A stretch of 64,000 nt of DNA from Eledone cirrhosa (lineage: Eukaryota), in assembly GCA_964016885.1 (NCBI GenBank), contig OZ024742.1:64914001-64978000 (forward strand), read 5' to 3'. Position 1 is the first letter of the stretch, and each line of letters starts with the position of its first letter. This document shows positions 26,640-40,679 of the stretch, piece after piece. The translations under genes and the position numbers were made by a program. A model generated the notes under the pieces. It was not told where the DNA came from. It ran no database searches and saw only the letters and a list, made by a program, of their open reading frames with translations.

Positions 26640-28400
26640 TAACATCCCTTTTCTGAATTTTCCCATGTCACCACTCTTGACTGAGCCATAAGAACAATAA
26701 GATCCTCCTAATCTCATAGAATCATATGGCAATGGACTTTTGCTACTTTAAACTCCTTAACAAGTGATGTTAAAGACAGTTAGAGTTTTGCAGCCATGCT
26801 ACAAAAGCCAATTTTGGTAAAATTTGGCAGGAGACCTAGTCATTTTCATAGGAGCCTGCTAACACATCCCTCTATTTTCTCCACTCTTGTCAAAGTTATT
26901 TTGTAGATAGTACTATGCCATAAACTTCCCTGCCAAACTGCTGTAGACAGTAGCAGTTAAGGCAATGCATAGATATGAGCAATTGCCTTACTCCTAGCCG
27001 TTGAAATCTGCACCCCCACCCATCTCAAAATGTAATTACTTAATCTAACTCTTACAGACAAGCTAGAATTCTTTTTGCTTCTTTCCTTGTTTCCACAATG
27101 GCAATGATGACATTGACAAATGTATGCCATGGTGGTAGTATAAGGTGTTCTATCTTTACTCCTTCTAAGCAACTTTTTACTCCTCTCAGAAACACCTTCA
27201 TGGCCATCACAAAGAAAAGTGGGGAAATAGTGCACCCTATCATTATGCCAATTTGTAGAGTATGCCATTTGGTTATAAAGCATTTGATAGTAGGTTGCAT
27301 TGCTTCCAATCCAATATATTGCAACAGAAGATCCATTATTCCGTCTGGAATGCAAAAGAAGTCAAATGCTTTATGTATCAGTGCACAGGGGACGATCCAT
27401 GTGTATTTGTATTTAACAAGTCAATCCAAACAACTTAAAGGTATTTTCATTCCCTCTTTGCATGCTGGATGGAACTCCAAATCATCTGTGCATGCTCTAG
27501 GCATCCTGGGAATCCTGTGAAACCAGCTTCTTGGACGGCTGTATCAATTAAGCCATTGTTTGCTAAGAACTTTGATATTCTCCTAGCTGGCACTTTGTAA
27601 AATACTTTTCCACTACATTGAGGAGAAATATCAGTTGAAACTGGTCAATTGATGTACTTTTCTCCTTAGAAACTTACAGACCTTTCCGCAATGCACCAGT
27701 CCTATATAACTGTTTTTCCTTCCACACATACTGCAGTAATCTTGCCAAGACTCTGAGGACTCCTGGGAAGTGTTTATAAATCTAGTATGATATTCCCTTG
27801 TTGCCAGGGGTAATCTTTGCTCTTGCTTTTTTTTTTGCAATTTGCCTAACTTAGGATCTAACTGGTCAAATTGTATCTCTGACTCAGGTGACATCAACTC
27901 ATTGGTGATCAGGTGCAGAGTAGACCTTGTGTATGTGGCTCTTGGGGTCTTTTTCTTTATATCTTTAAGAACCACATGTCTTTTTTTTTCAGTAGGTGTT
28001 TTGAAAACCTGAATGGTTTGCAGACAAAACCTCATAAGATTTTCTCTTGTAAGTTCTTTTCTTGTGTATTTCCTCTGCTCTCAATATAGACAAGATCTTC
28101 TTTTCACCTCATTCAATAGTGTTTGAATTATCCCTTTACCATGTGCCGAGGCTGCCTTAAATCTCTTCTTCTTTTTCCATAACTGGCTTTTCTTAGTTTG
28201 GTGCCAGTTTGCTTGTTTCTTTTTTGCATGGGTTACAGCTTCTCCTAATTTAGCACAGCATATGTCATGAATAATTGATGTAAATATGCACACTTTTCTG
28301 AATATGAGTCCATTCAAGGTAAGATCCTTATTTAGTGATGCCAAAGCTTCGTCGTTATTTGCTCTGGGCCTCTCTATTTTGGGTTTGATGGTAGTAGAGT
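26640..28400 (-). mobile_element. Degraded Hero-like LINE (RT region)
   Basis: KWHTLQIGIMIGCTISPLFFVMAM is characteristic of Hero-type RTs. Multiple frameshifts. Confidence 0.7.
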
Positions 28401-28571
28401 CCAACTAAATACATAGAAGCTAACAGTTTCCTGCTAACAAGGTCAGTTGGATGCATAGACAGTTACAGATATGGGCACATATACATACATATCTATTATA
28501 TACATGGGTAAAAAGTGTGTAATGCCTCAGTATACTTCTTCTTTTTTTTATTGAAAATGCTAAAGAACTTA

Positions 28572-29467
28572 CCAAATATACTCAAATATAAACCGAGGAA
28601 TGTGTGGCCCCAAAAAAATCGATGGTAAAATGAAGATGGGTGGTGCTTATATTCAGTGTCAATATTTTGACAGTTTTCACCAACTTCAAATTTTACGTAA
28701 GTAAGGTGCTAAAATAACTGAAGTGATTATTTCACAATGAAACACTGTTTTTCTACATTTACTATATTGCCAGGAGTTTTATTTATGCATTGCCTTGAAA
28801 ACATTCCCACAACGTTTTATCATTTGAACTTTTTAATATATAAATATCTTCTACACATAAATACATACACCGCACACGCATACAAAAACACTTGTGCGCT
28901 GACTGTGTTTCTCTATAACTTAGGGTAATTATACCTTTACTTTCAATCTTGTTTTATTTTATTTTGCTCATTCTCTCTTTATCTCACTCTGCCTTCCCTT
29001 ACTCTCTCGTTTAATGTAAAATATCTACCTAAAGCTTTAATACTTGTACGACGTTAAATTGTTTTCAAGGTACGCATTTCATTAAATATGTATATTAAAT
29101 AAAAATCTGTTACATTTGGGAGATGGCACTATTGTCTGCTTTAAAAAAAGCTAAATACTCCCAGCATTTAAGTAGCCGAAGGTAAACAAAATTCTAGAAA
29201 CTTGAAACTTATAAAATGGTTGAAATGGTAAAAAAAAAAAGTCATTACGTAGTGGATTTGTGAAAGAAAAACTATACTCAAAATAATATATCAAAATATT
29301 AAAACTTCGTAAATATTTTCTCCATTTATGAACATTTTATAAAAAGCGTCACGTGTTGATTAGCTGCCTCGTCTTGTAAATGGCGTTTGGATTTTTGTCC
29401 ATTTCTCAGACATAAAATAAGGGGTGTCGGCATATATTTGAGTTGGCTTATATTTGAATATATACGG
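28572..29467. mobile_element. Non-autonomous Tc1/mariner (Tc2/pogo-like) element
   Basis: Imperfect TIRs TA-ccaaatatactcaaatataaaccga / ttggcttatatttgaatatatacgg-TA, with a TA target duplication and repeated subterminal gcttatatt motifs. Confidence 0.7.
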
Positions 29468-31637
29468 TAAATGTTCAAGCAACAGATCTTTGTTGCAATA
29501 ATATAAAGAGACAGAAAGAAGAGCTTCTAATGGTTTGAAAAGCTAAAAACCTGACGTTTACCTGTTTATTACTATTCTAATACAAATATATGAATGACTA
29601 CAGTTATTTATAACAATTGATTCCTTAAATGAAATTTGAAATTAAAGTGTAAAATTGCCTTGTTAATTGACAGTTGTACCATACACAGAAATAATTTGTT
29701 ATTAAAGAACATCAAAATAATTCTCTTGCCTTCAAACACTTATTGTTAATTCAAACATGTGTCAAAGGCGTAATTTGAGTTTAAACCCTTTTGATACCAA
29801 ACTGCTGGAACTTCCTCTCGTTCTACAATATAAAGCTGTTTATTTTAAAGTTTTATATTTATCTAAAATCCTTCCATCATAATTTTATGAAAGTAAACAC
29901 CAGCTTAATAATGAGAAATTTAAATCTCTCCAAATTCTTCATTATTTTCAAAATGATTTGAAAATATTGAAATGATTAGAAATATTAAAAAGAAAAGGTT
30001 ATTATTGAAGAGAAATTTGTAAAAGAAATTTAATCAAACTTGATCATGCTAATGTGGTTGAAAAACAGATTTTCTTTTTTTAATGCATCGCATATATTAG
30101 GAATGCCATGGAAACAAGTCTCAGAATGATTGATTTTCTAAAACAAGCACAGAAATCCCTGTTCAAAAGGAATTAGCACTTATAAATGAAATTCTTTATA
30201 AAATCTGAGCCCATCACCAAAGGTGGGAGGCTTTGGATGGTACTGCCCCACCCACTATTTTCAATGGTGCAATCTCAGATTTAGAAAATAGAGTTTAGAA
30301 ACATGTCCTGAAATAAATTCCTTGAAGTCATGACTTTACTAACCTTTCTTCTCAAAACAAAAAGAACAAAAATACCCCCCCCCCCCCCCCAAAAAAAAAT
30401 GAAAGAAGCTGGTCAAAAAATTCTCTATTGAATTAAAGAGCCCATCCAGAATGTTCTGGCGTTCTGTTGAACACCAAAGCCTGGTACAGGGACTGACTGA
30501 TAGAATCTCAAATGTTGCACAAATTAGTGAGTTCAAAAACCTTTTGGCTATTGATAGCAAAGTTTAAATGGAAGCTATGATGACAGTGTCAGAAATATTT
30601 CAAGTTCCTACTGCTGTAGAATCAAAATTAGAAGAGAATGAACCCAATGCAGAAAAAATTTAGGAAGCTCCTCGGACCTGTGTGTAGTAGTAAATGCAAA
30701 AATCACTTACATTGCCTGTCCTCCTTGCTCACCTCCCTCATCTAGCTGTGTAACTCACCCTAACTCTGGTCAGAAATTAAGATTTCAGACAAACCCCCAG
30801 ACACATACAACCTCTTGCAACATAATCCACAAAAGAAAAGAGGTCCCTCATTTCCCCCTTTCTAGTCACATTACCTTACTACCTTTGTCATTTCCATAAC
30901 ACCACTCATCTTTTTGATCACTCCATGTTGAAATTGGTCATCCACCAAAGCAGACATCGCTCCCTCCATGATCTTTGCAAGTCTACATTATTGTCTGACA
31001 ACTCATAACCCCACATAGTGTTTAAATAAGAAAAGCCTTGTCACAATATGTAACATAGATCAGCCGAATTTCAAAAGCAATATGTGTTTGAACTACTAAA
31101 TGTGAACAGTACACACACAATCAGCATTGAATAAGTGTTTTTGATTAAATAATTTCTAATAAAAAGACAAGTTCTAACAAATTTAATAAACAACAATTTC
31201 AAGCTAATATTTTCTGAGTATATTTTAAATTCTAATATTGTATATAAATTGTTTATAACAATAAATGTAAACTAATTGAACTGGTGAATGTTTCATGAGA
31301 TATTTGATATATTCATCATTACTATTAAAAAAAGACACCCCCTTTTTCAATTTACAAGGAAGTTTATATTTTCTGGTATGTTTACATGCCTACAAATTAG
31401 ATATGTGTGTGGTATTGGTTACACACTCTGTATTTATATAGATATAACTTTATCATACATTTCAGCTACTGGTGCACCTCTTACTATATATATATATATA
31501 TATGTAGATAAATCTACCAAGAGTTTACGGTAGTGTCCAATCCGTATGAAGAACTCAATGTAATCCGGATATCATGGAAAGAAGAGATGCAATGAAAAAT
31601 CACTTTCGGTGAAAGATAAACGGAATACAGAGTCAAG

Positions 31638-32059
31638 ATAAAATATTAAAAAAATAATGAATAAAACAATGAAACAGTTCCTTATATTAAACAAAAAAAG
31701 TTCATTATTTAACGATCGTTTCTAGGATATATATGTGTTAGAATTGGCATGCATATTCAACAGATCTATGTACAAAATTATACAAAATTATACAAACTAT
31801 CAAAATTAAATATACATACCAAACACATATATATGCCGTCTTCAGAAATAATTTCTGAAGACGGCATATATATGTGTTTGGTATGTATATTTAATTTTGA
31901 TAGTTTGTATAATTTTGTATAATTTTGTACATAGATCTGTTGAATATGCATGCCAATTCTAACACATATATATCCTAGAAACAATCGTTAAATAATGAAC
32001 TTTTTTTGTTTAATATAAGGAACTGTTTCATTGTTTTATTCATTATTTTTTTAATATTT

Positions 32060-32062
<3 letters not shown>
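31638..32062. repeat. 425-bp palindrome (212-bp arms, 1-nt centre at 31850) in a Penelope-like element starting ~31505
   Basis: Arms are reverse complements with one mismatch seen (cgatcg vs caatcg). Flanked by (TA)n. Confidence 0.95.
31704..31852 (-). ncRNA. Type I hammerhead ribozyme motif with extended stem II
   Basis: Minus strand: attattt-CTGAAGA-[~115-nt hairpin]-GAAA-cgatcg-TT-aaataat. Stem I is 7 bp and perfect; stem III is palindromic. Mirror copy on + at 31848-31996. Confidence 0.65.
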
Positions 32063-32095
<33 letters not shown>

Positions 32096-32098
<3 letters not shown>

Positions 32099-32480
32099 TT
32101 AGGATTTAGCTTGATGCATAACTGTATACAGATATGTATTGGAATTTCTAAAGAAATACGGTATGTTTATAGATAAACATTTAGAAAGCCGTAGCTATGC
32201 AAAACACCGGGGCTATCGCCCTCTAGTGGTGTCCAGCAGAAGCAAGGGGCACAATCGTCGATGCATTTTGAACTTAACTGGTTCTCATCAGGACGATCCC
32301 TCCCACTCTTGCAACTGCTGGACTTGAAAACAGGCGAGAATATATGGTTTTCTCGTCTGTGTAAATAAGGTGATTAATCTCATTTGCATATGAAGCTGCG
32401 TAAGTTGGTTCAATTTATCATAGAATAGAATTAGGATTTAGCTTCATACATAGCTGTATACAGATATGTATTTGAATATA
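32096..32480 (-). mobile_element. Small hammerhead-bearing element, ~332-bp unit with partial terminal repeat
   Basis: gaattaggatttagctt...tatacagatatgtatt occurs at 32096 and 32428. Hammerhead motif at 32254-32297. Confidence 0.65.
32254..32297 (-). ncRNA. Minimal type I hammerhead ribozyme, G12A-mutated
   Basis: Minus strand: atcgtc-CTGATGA-gaac-cagttaa-gttc-aAAA-tgca-TC-gacgat. Stems I and II pair perfectly; GAAA is changed to AAAA. Confidence 0.7.
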
Positions 32481-34539
32481 TATATATATGTATATATCAA
32501 GTAAAATAACGGAGTAAAGGACTCGCGTATAATCCTGTAATTCAATGAGCTCAAAGGAAAGAGTTTTCCTGGGCACTTTAAAATGCAATATATAGAGGGG
32601 AAAGACACAGAAGAGTGTGTTTTCATTTACAGGATTTTAAACCACCAGCGTGAAGAAAATATAAGCTAAAAGAGGTATAGGAAAAACATTATGATTAAAA
32701 GGATAAATTAAAATGAGAAACCAACCTCATAACTAAATCACACATGTACAAACTCACCAGGAGATTGTTTCGCCATATAGTGGGGTCCAATTCGGGTTAG
32801 TGGGTCATCAGCATTAGCAAAAACCGATATTGTCCGCACTACTAAAGAGAGAACTATAGTAAACCACCTGTCGCACGTGTAAATAGAAGGGAAATACATG
32901 CACGAGGTAGTGACCAGTGGTATGAACAGAACAAGCTGCTAGAAATGGCAGCCTATACAGTTATATATATATATATCCCACTCTCATCAAGCGTGAAGCT
33001 AATACAACAATCTACTATTGACTCATGCATTTGTTTCTTTGTCCTTTTGAACTATATATATATATATACGTCTAACTCATGCTAGCATGGAAGAACAGAC
33101 GTAAAACGGTGATGATGATGATGATGTATGTATGTATATATCTTCAATTTCTATCAAGGGCATGACAACCTCTCTAGTGTTTGAGATCTACAATATAAAC
33201 GTACTTACACTCTGTAAAGTGGTTGGGAGTAAGAAGGATATCCAGTCATAGAAAACCTGCTAAATAAAGAGTCAGAAGGAGTCTATAGCTGTGCCAAATA
33301 TAAAATACACCCAGTAGAGCACAAGAACGAACATATGTAAACAAGGTGCAGATCCTTAGCTTGTTTGAACACCCAGAAGAGTGTGGGAACATAAGTAAGA
33401 GAGATGCAGGCACTGGCCCAACTGAGAGATTTGTATCTCCATGTGAGTACTGATTCAGTCTGTGATGACCCATCCAACATTTGTTAGATAAGAAATGATG
33501 ATGATGAGGGTGATAATACATATATATATATTTATATACAAAGGCTGTTTGCACTTTCTATCTAATAAATTCCACACACATGCTATAGTAGTAGACATCT
33601 ACCCAAGGAGCTGTGCAGCAGGACTGAACCCAGAACCATTGGATTACAAAGCAAACTTATTAACTACATAGCCATGTCTTTACTATACAGAAAAATCTTT
33701 AATATAAAACCAAAATAGAATTTGCATTAAAAAATCTTAATTTACAAAAATCAATGAGGTCTTTTAAAAAATGTTCTATCTGTACTAGTTTCATAAGCTA
33801 AATGTTACAGGTGACAGATGGTTGTGGGCCTGAGATTGCCTGTAACTTCCCAACTCTTGTTCGTGTCCTTCTTCAATTTTGTTACCAGTCTCCAATTCAC
33901 ACAACTGGAATCCTCGACTAACAATTCAGATAGGCATTATTGATGAGAGAGATAAACAAGTTTTGTATGCTACAATAACCTTTGTAATGGATACCATTCT
34001 GTGATGGAATGGCATTAGTACCTTCTTAGTTTAGCATGCTTGATTTAACTCATACAATTCAAACAAACAATCATCTTTAAATAAAATTAAAATAGAATTC
34101 ACAAACAAAAATTTAATTAAAAAAGAACAATGAGATATTTAAAAAAAATTACTATTTGTACTAGTTTCATAAATTAAGTGTTATAAGTCAAAGATAATTA
34201 ATAGCAAATATAATATTTAATGGCAAGAATCCAATTTTTTAGATACACCATATCCCTGTGTATCATAAGAGAAAACTAAAAGGTTTGATGTCAAGAAAGA
34301 CATCCAATTGTGAAACATTGTCTCAAAACACCCAATTCAACCCATGTTAGCATGGAAAAGTGGACACAAAATAACGATGATGATGATAATGGCATTATAT
34401 CTACTTACAATGTTATTTAGTATCATGTTTTAACCTGTCTACAGTCCTACTAAACCTCTTGTGTACACATGTATTACAGTGAGTACACCATACAGAATTC
34501 CTAGCTACTCAGAATAAACTTAACACCCCACCTCCACCC

Positions 34540-37500
34540 CATCCAGTATACATGCCTGACGCTGTATGCTAACCACTCCCTCGTGCATATAGCATAGAGC
34601 AGACATGGGGTGGACGGAGGCTCCGTAAGCTGTAGTGTAGACAACCTGTCTAGGAGAGCTACCACTCCAAATAAATTGGTGCTGGGTAGAGAAGTCCCCT
34701 AAGTCCAGTAAAACAACTTCCCTAATGCTGGTGGCACAAATAAAAGCACCCGGTCCATGCTGTAAAATGGAGGGGTGGAGAGGGCCCCTGAGTCCAGTAA
34801 GACAACCTCTCTAGTGCTGGTGGCACGAATCAAAGCCCCGAGTCCATGCTGTAAAGTGGTGCTGGTGTTGGGAAGGGCATCCAACCAGTATATATTAATG
34901 CCAAAAATTATGAGCACAACAAATAAGTATCGCAATAACTGCGTAAACAGCAATAACACTAACCATGTTAGAGCTACGCATGGTAGTGGGGTGGCTAGTG
35001 CGGCCATGTGCAAGAACCCCCCGACTGTCATCAAGCAATCGCACAACAAGAATATGATTATAAACAATTTTTCTTTGCAGAAAAGGAAGAAATTTCAAAG
35101 AAAGACGTCACATCTCAGTGTTGCCACAATTAATGTTGGCACTCTGACAGGTAGATCTGGTGAGACAGTGGAGATGCTAGAGAGAAGATATGTGGATGTG
35201 TGCTGTATGCAAGGGGAGATGGAGAGGTGCCTCAGCAAGATTAATCGCAGGCAAACATCTTAGTTATAAGTTTTGCTGGGTAGGAAATGATGATGGGTTA
35301 GGTGGGGTAGGCATTTTACTGGCTGAGAGGTGGATCAATAAGACAATAGAGGTAGTTAGAGTCAGTAACAGAATTATTAAGCTTAGATTAGTTGTAGGCA
35401 AGAGACTGCTGACAATTACCTCTACCTATGCTCCCTAGGCAGGCTTTTACGAGCAACTTCTAGAAACAACCTCAATGACAGGACAGAGACCTAGTTATAC
35501 TAGCAGAGGACTTCAATGGTCACGTTGGTCAGCTCCAGGATGGATACACTGGGGTACATGGTGGTCATGGTTATGGCTCAAGAAACGAAGAAGGAGTGAG
35601 GCTTCTTGAATTTTGTGATGCAAGTGTACTAACCATTTGCAACACTAACTTCCAGAAACCTACCAACCACCTAATAACCTACTAATCAGGCGAGCACATA
35701 AGCCAGATTGACTTCTTGCTAGTTAGGCAACGAGGTAGACAGATAGTGTCAAATACTAAGGCATAATCTGGATAAGAATGTACCCCCCCCCCCCCCCCCA
35801 GCATAGGTTAGTCGTTAGTGAGATCTTAATAAGCAAGAGACAAAATGAGACATACAGGAAGGTGTGGAAAAGGAAGGTCTGGAAGTTAAAAGACCTTTCA
35901 CTAAAATATAAATTTAGGAAGGCCCTTCAAGATGTGTACGACGAAAAAGAAGACGATTTAGAGTCGTATGACATAGATGATAACTGGAATTTCTTATGTG
36001 ACAACTTGTGACTGGAGCAAAGCTGCGACGAGACAGAGGGTGACCTGGTGGTGGAACAGCATGGTTGATAGGGCCATTAGAGACAAAAGACTAGCATAGA
36101 AGGATTGGAAAAAGGGTGGGAGTAGAGACCAATACACATCCGCTAAAAGAGAAACTAGACGTCAGGTGTACTTAGCACGCATGGAAGCTGAGAGTAGGAG
36201 GTTTGCCAATGTTCTGCGACGAGAAGTGGTGTTCCACATTGCAAGGCAGTGTGTCAGTGTAAGTCAAGATGTTGTTGGAGATAAGTGTGTCCGAAATGAT
36301 GCGGGTGTACAAATGATAAAAAAAAAGGAGGCCTGGAAATGTCATTATGAGAGACTAATGAATGTGGAGAACGAATGGGAGACAAAGAAATTACCCCCAG
36401 TAGACCTGACAGAGGTACCAGCTATTGAGATTGACGAATATAGGGTCAAGAGGCAATGAAAAGTGGTAAGGCCGCTGGCCCATCGGGGATAGTTGCTGAG
36501 ATGCTGAAGGCATCAGGAGAAGTAGGAACTAAACTGGTTGCACGCATCGTCAATCAAGCTATATATGGCGGAGTCATACCAAAAGACTGGTGCAGAAGTA
36601 TCCTTATAAATTGCTACAAAGGTAAGGGGGATGCTCTGGAGAGGAGCAATTATAGTGGCATAAAACTGATGGATCAGGTTATGAAAGTGGCAGAAAGAAT
36701 ACTAGCACAACTCATTAGAGAAAGGGTCAAATTAGATGAGATGCAGTTTGGTTTTGTGCCTGGCTAAAGTACAACAGATGCACTCTTTTTAGTGAGACTA
36801 CAAGAGAGGTTCTTAGAGAAGAATAAGCCACTATACTTAGCTTTTGTTGACCTAGAGAAGGCCTTTGATAGAGTACCCCGATCTGTCATTTGGTAGTCCC
36901 TAAGGAAACTGGGTGTAGAGGAATGGCTTGTGAAGACAGTGCAAGCTATGTACAGGGGTGCTGTCAGTAAAGTGAGAGTAGGAATGGAGTTTAGTGAGGA
37001 ATTCCAGATACAAGTAGGTGTACATCAGGGTTCGGTCCTCAGCCCACTCTTGTTCATTATAGTCATCTAAGCTATAACAGAGGAGTTTAAGACTGGCTAC
37101 CTATGGGAACTTCTCTATGCTGATGATCTGATACTTATAGCAGAATCATTAGAGGGGCTAGAGAATAAATTCTGGCTATGGAAACAGTAGCTGGAATAAA
37201 GAGGACTGAGAGTAAACCTAGGTAAGACAAAGGTGTTGATAAGTAGGAAAGAGGACAAAACTCTGATTCCATCAGGGAAATGGCCATGTTCAATATGTAG
37301 GAAAGGAGTTGGCATAAATTCTATAAAATGTACACAATGCAGATCTTGAGTACACAAGAGATGTAGTGGGATAGCAGGCAAGCTAACAGGTAGGGTAAAC
37401 TATGTATGCAGTAGATGAAATTTGACAGTAGAAGTCGCAGTGATAGACACATTTTTCAAATGCGAGTAGGACCTATACAGGTGGTTGATAGCTTCCGATA

Positions 37501-38105
37501 CCTAGGTGATCAGATTAGTAAGGGAGGAGGGTGCTCCAAGCCCATAGTATCCAGAATAAGGATGGGTTGGAAGAAGTTTAGGGAGCCGATTCCTCTATTG
37601 ACAAAGAAGGGTTTTTCCCTACAAACGAAAGGCCGGTTATATGATGCCTGTGTGAGATGCACAATGCTGCATGGTAATGAAACATGGGCAGCAACTGTGG
37701 AAGATATGGAACAACTTGAGAGAAATGAAGCAAACATGCTCCGTTGGATGTGCAATGTCAATGTGCATGAACGACCAAGCATAGACGAGTTGAGATAGAA
37801 ATGGTGTATAAGAGGGATAGGCTGCAGTGTGCAGGAGAGAAGACTGTGATGATATGGACATGTGATGCACATGGAGGATGACTGCTGGGTAAAGATGTGC
37901 CAAGAAATCCCAGTAGAAGGAAGAGGCAGTCAAGGAAGACCATGAAAAACATGGACGGAGGTGATGAGAGCAGACCTCAGATCGCTGAAGCTCATGGAGG
38001 AGATGACAAAGGACCATGACGAATGGAGAGATGCTGTGCTTAATAAGACCCGTCCCACCCTTGCAGACAGGGAAAAGCGGACGTAAAAGAATTATGATGA
38101 TGATG
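34540..38105 (+). mobile_element. Near full-length but disrupted RTE LINE (5' UTR, APE endonuclease, RT, PHD-like finger, GAT tail)
   Basis: LSVATINVGTLTGRSGETVEMLERRYVDVCCMQ (APE N-terminus), GVGILLAERW, SQIDFLL, KAAGPSG, EMQFGFVPG, YADD (~37116). Many in-frame stops. Confidence 0.93.
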
Positions 38106-39763
38106 AAAGATCAAAGTTTTTAGTAATTAGGGAAGAAGATAAGATCATGATACCAAATGTTAATTGACTATGTTTGATATACAGGTCAGATTTATTATAG
38201 AATAGTTACATATCTACAGAGAGACAACTAGTGATTTTTAGATTAAAGGTTTTAGAGATAAAAGTGTAGCAAATATTTGGGTTGTAACGATAAGTGGATA
38301 GATGGAATTGTTGGTATGATGGTTTCAACGCAAAGAATAATACCAGGATTGTGTTGTTACAATGTTTATTTTTTTATAATAATATTCAATTTGAATATTG
38401 AATGATAAAATCTATAACATGAAATATTCGTATTATAAGTAGGTGGCTCTTCGAGCCACGTAAATACAAGTATCACAAAATACAAGTATCACAAAATACG
38501 ATTATAAGATAATTTGTATTGTATCTGAAAGATACAATGTGACAGAAATGGTATGTATAAAAATGCAAGCAGTGTGAACTTACTGTGTGTGCGTGTGTGA
38601 GTATTAGTATACTTTCTTGTTTTAGCAGTAGCAGTAATCACTCAGCCAGGCGTATAAGGTGTGTGAAAATAGAATGCAGACTGGTTTTTCGTGACGAGAG
38701 CTTGTAAATGCGACTTGTCTTGTCTGTATATCACTTTTCCTCTGCTGGGCATAATGATTTCTACTATAGGCACAAAGGCAAAGCTAACCTCGGTGGGATT
38801 TGAACTCAGAATGTAAAGGGCCATAACTCTATGTCGCGAAACTTGTTGTCCGACGCTTTACCGTCTTTTCTGCCAACCCACGGCCAAATAATGTTGCAAC
38901 TCAATATCTGGGAGAACTTGCACATCACATCATATATTATTGAAATGTAATAGTTATATATGACGCATTATATAATTTTTGATTCATCATCATCATCATC
39001 TTCGTTTAACGTCCATCTTCCACGCTAGCATGGGTTAGACGGGAGTTGTCCCACTTGAGGCAAGGTTGGTTGGGTGACCATGTCTCATTCATATAGGACT
39101 ATCTGGCAGGTTTCCTACGGCTGGATGCCCTTCCTAACAGCTAACTATACTAATTCTACCATTGCCCCCATTTCACTATCTATGAAGAACACCTTATGTA
39201 AGTTCGAGACATTTTAACAGCCTTTTTCTTTTTCCTTTTCTTTTTACATATTTTACATATATTTTGGGGGGTTCTTCAATGATGACTTTTGTTGTTATTC
39301 TAAGCCATTCCTGATCTTCAATATTTTGATGCGTTTTCCTTCTGTGATTTACATCCCAATTTCTGATTGAAATATAGGTGAGAACTCGCTTATTATATGT
39401 TACTCTATTTACACTCCTTTAAGAAAAACAATGAACTATGAAAATATAAAACAGTAAAATATAACACCAGTCTGAAATGTTATTTTATTTTTAAGTTTGT
39501 TTTTTAGGTGGTTCAAGTGAGGAAACTGCTTATATTACTGATAGTATCTGCTGGCCACAACTCCTGGCAGACACATTACCACTGTTCTGGTGAAAGATGA
39601 CACAATTTGAACTCAGAATGCAGGGATAAAACAGAAACTGTAATGCACTTTGTTCAACTCTTTAACAATAACGCCCTCCCACCCACCAGTTTGGTACTCT
39701 ATCAACTCCACAAGGATGAAAATCAAAGTTTATTGCACCAGGTCTGAACACAACCAATTTCAT

Positions 39764-39833
<70 letters not shown>

Positions 39834-40679
39834 GACCCCAAAACCGAGCTGGCACTTGTTTATTGATGATGACCATAACAAGTTTTGAACTCAGAGGGCA
39901 GGAATCTCTAAGTGTGTTATCTGACGTTCTAATGACTCTGCCAAGTTGCTGCCTGAACAATAAATCTTCATTAAAAGAAATGATAGGCATAATAGTGCCC
40001 CATGAAACAATCTCACTATTACTAATAATTAAAGAGTCTCCTTCTTGAGAAATCCTATCATTGTCATAGAACAAACAATAAGATAAGTTGGCAGTTTTAT
40101 TAAGAACTGAAATCGACCCAGCAAGTGGTAAATCTCCAGTACACTTTGTAAAGTGGTTTGGAATAGGAAGGGCATCCAGCCATAGAAAATTTGCCAAACT
40201 AAAGGGTTGGTAGGACTCTTCAGCAGTGTCATCAGCTTTTTGAAGAATGGGAAATGAGGTGCATCATTAGAAAAATGTGCTGTCCATTTACTGTAATAAA
40301 GGATTTTTTTTTTCAAATACCTTTTTAATAATTAGGAATTTTAAGACATCTAAGAGGAAGCAATATATTAGAGTCAGGTGATATTTTTAGGTTTGAATAC
40401 AATAAATGAGAAGACTTATGCCTGGTTTAACAAAAGGATATTTTTTTTACTAGAAAAAGTTATATTTAAGGAAAGAAATGCTGGTAAGATTTTACAGACA
40501 AAACCAACTGGCAGAAGACCCTTGGATAGTCCTTGAGCAAATGGCTGGATAACATCCATGAGCTCAGCTAGTCTGGCTCGGAGATCCAGATGGATCAACT
40601 GGAGCTGGCTACTTCTGACAAAACCAGCTGGAAGCCATGCTCCATGATCCACCCAGGAATAAGTGGGCAAAGAAGAAGA

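Noticed and set aside
30200-31020. Possible transposase or RT relic
   Set aside because: No motif I could assign with confidence.
34560-34650. Possible HDV-like ribozyme in the RTE 5' UTR (gctgtatgc...cac-tccctc-gtg-catatagc)
   Set aside because: P1 and P3/L3-like parts are present, but I could not find the P1.1 GG or a P2 partner. An intact family consensus would be needed.
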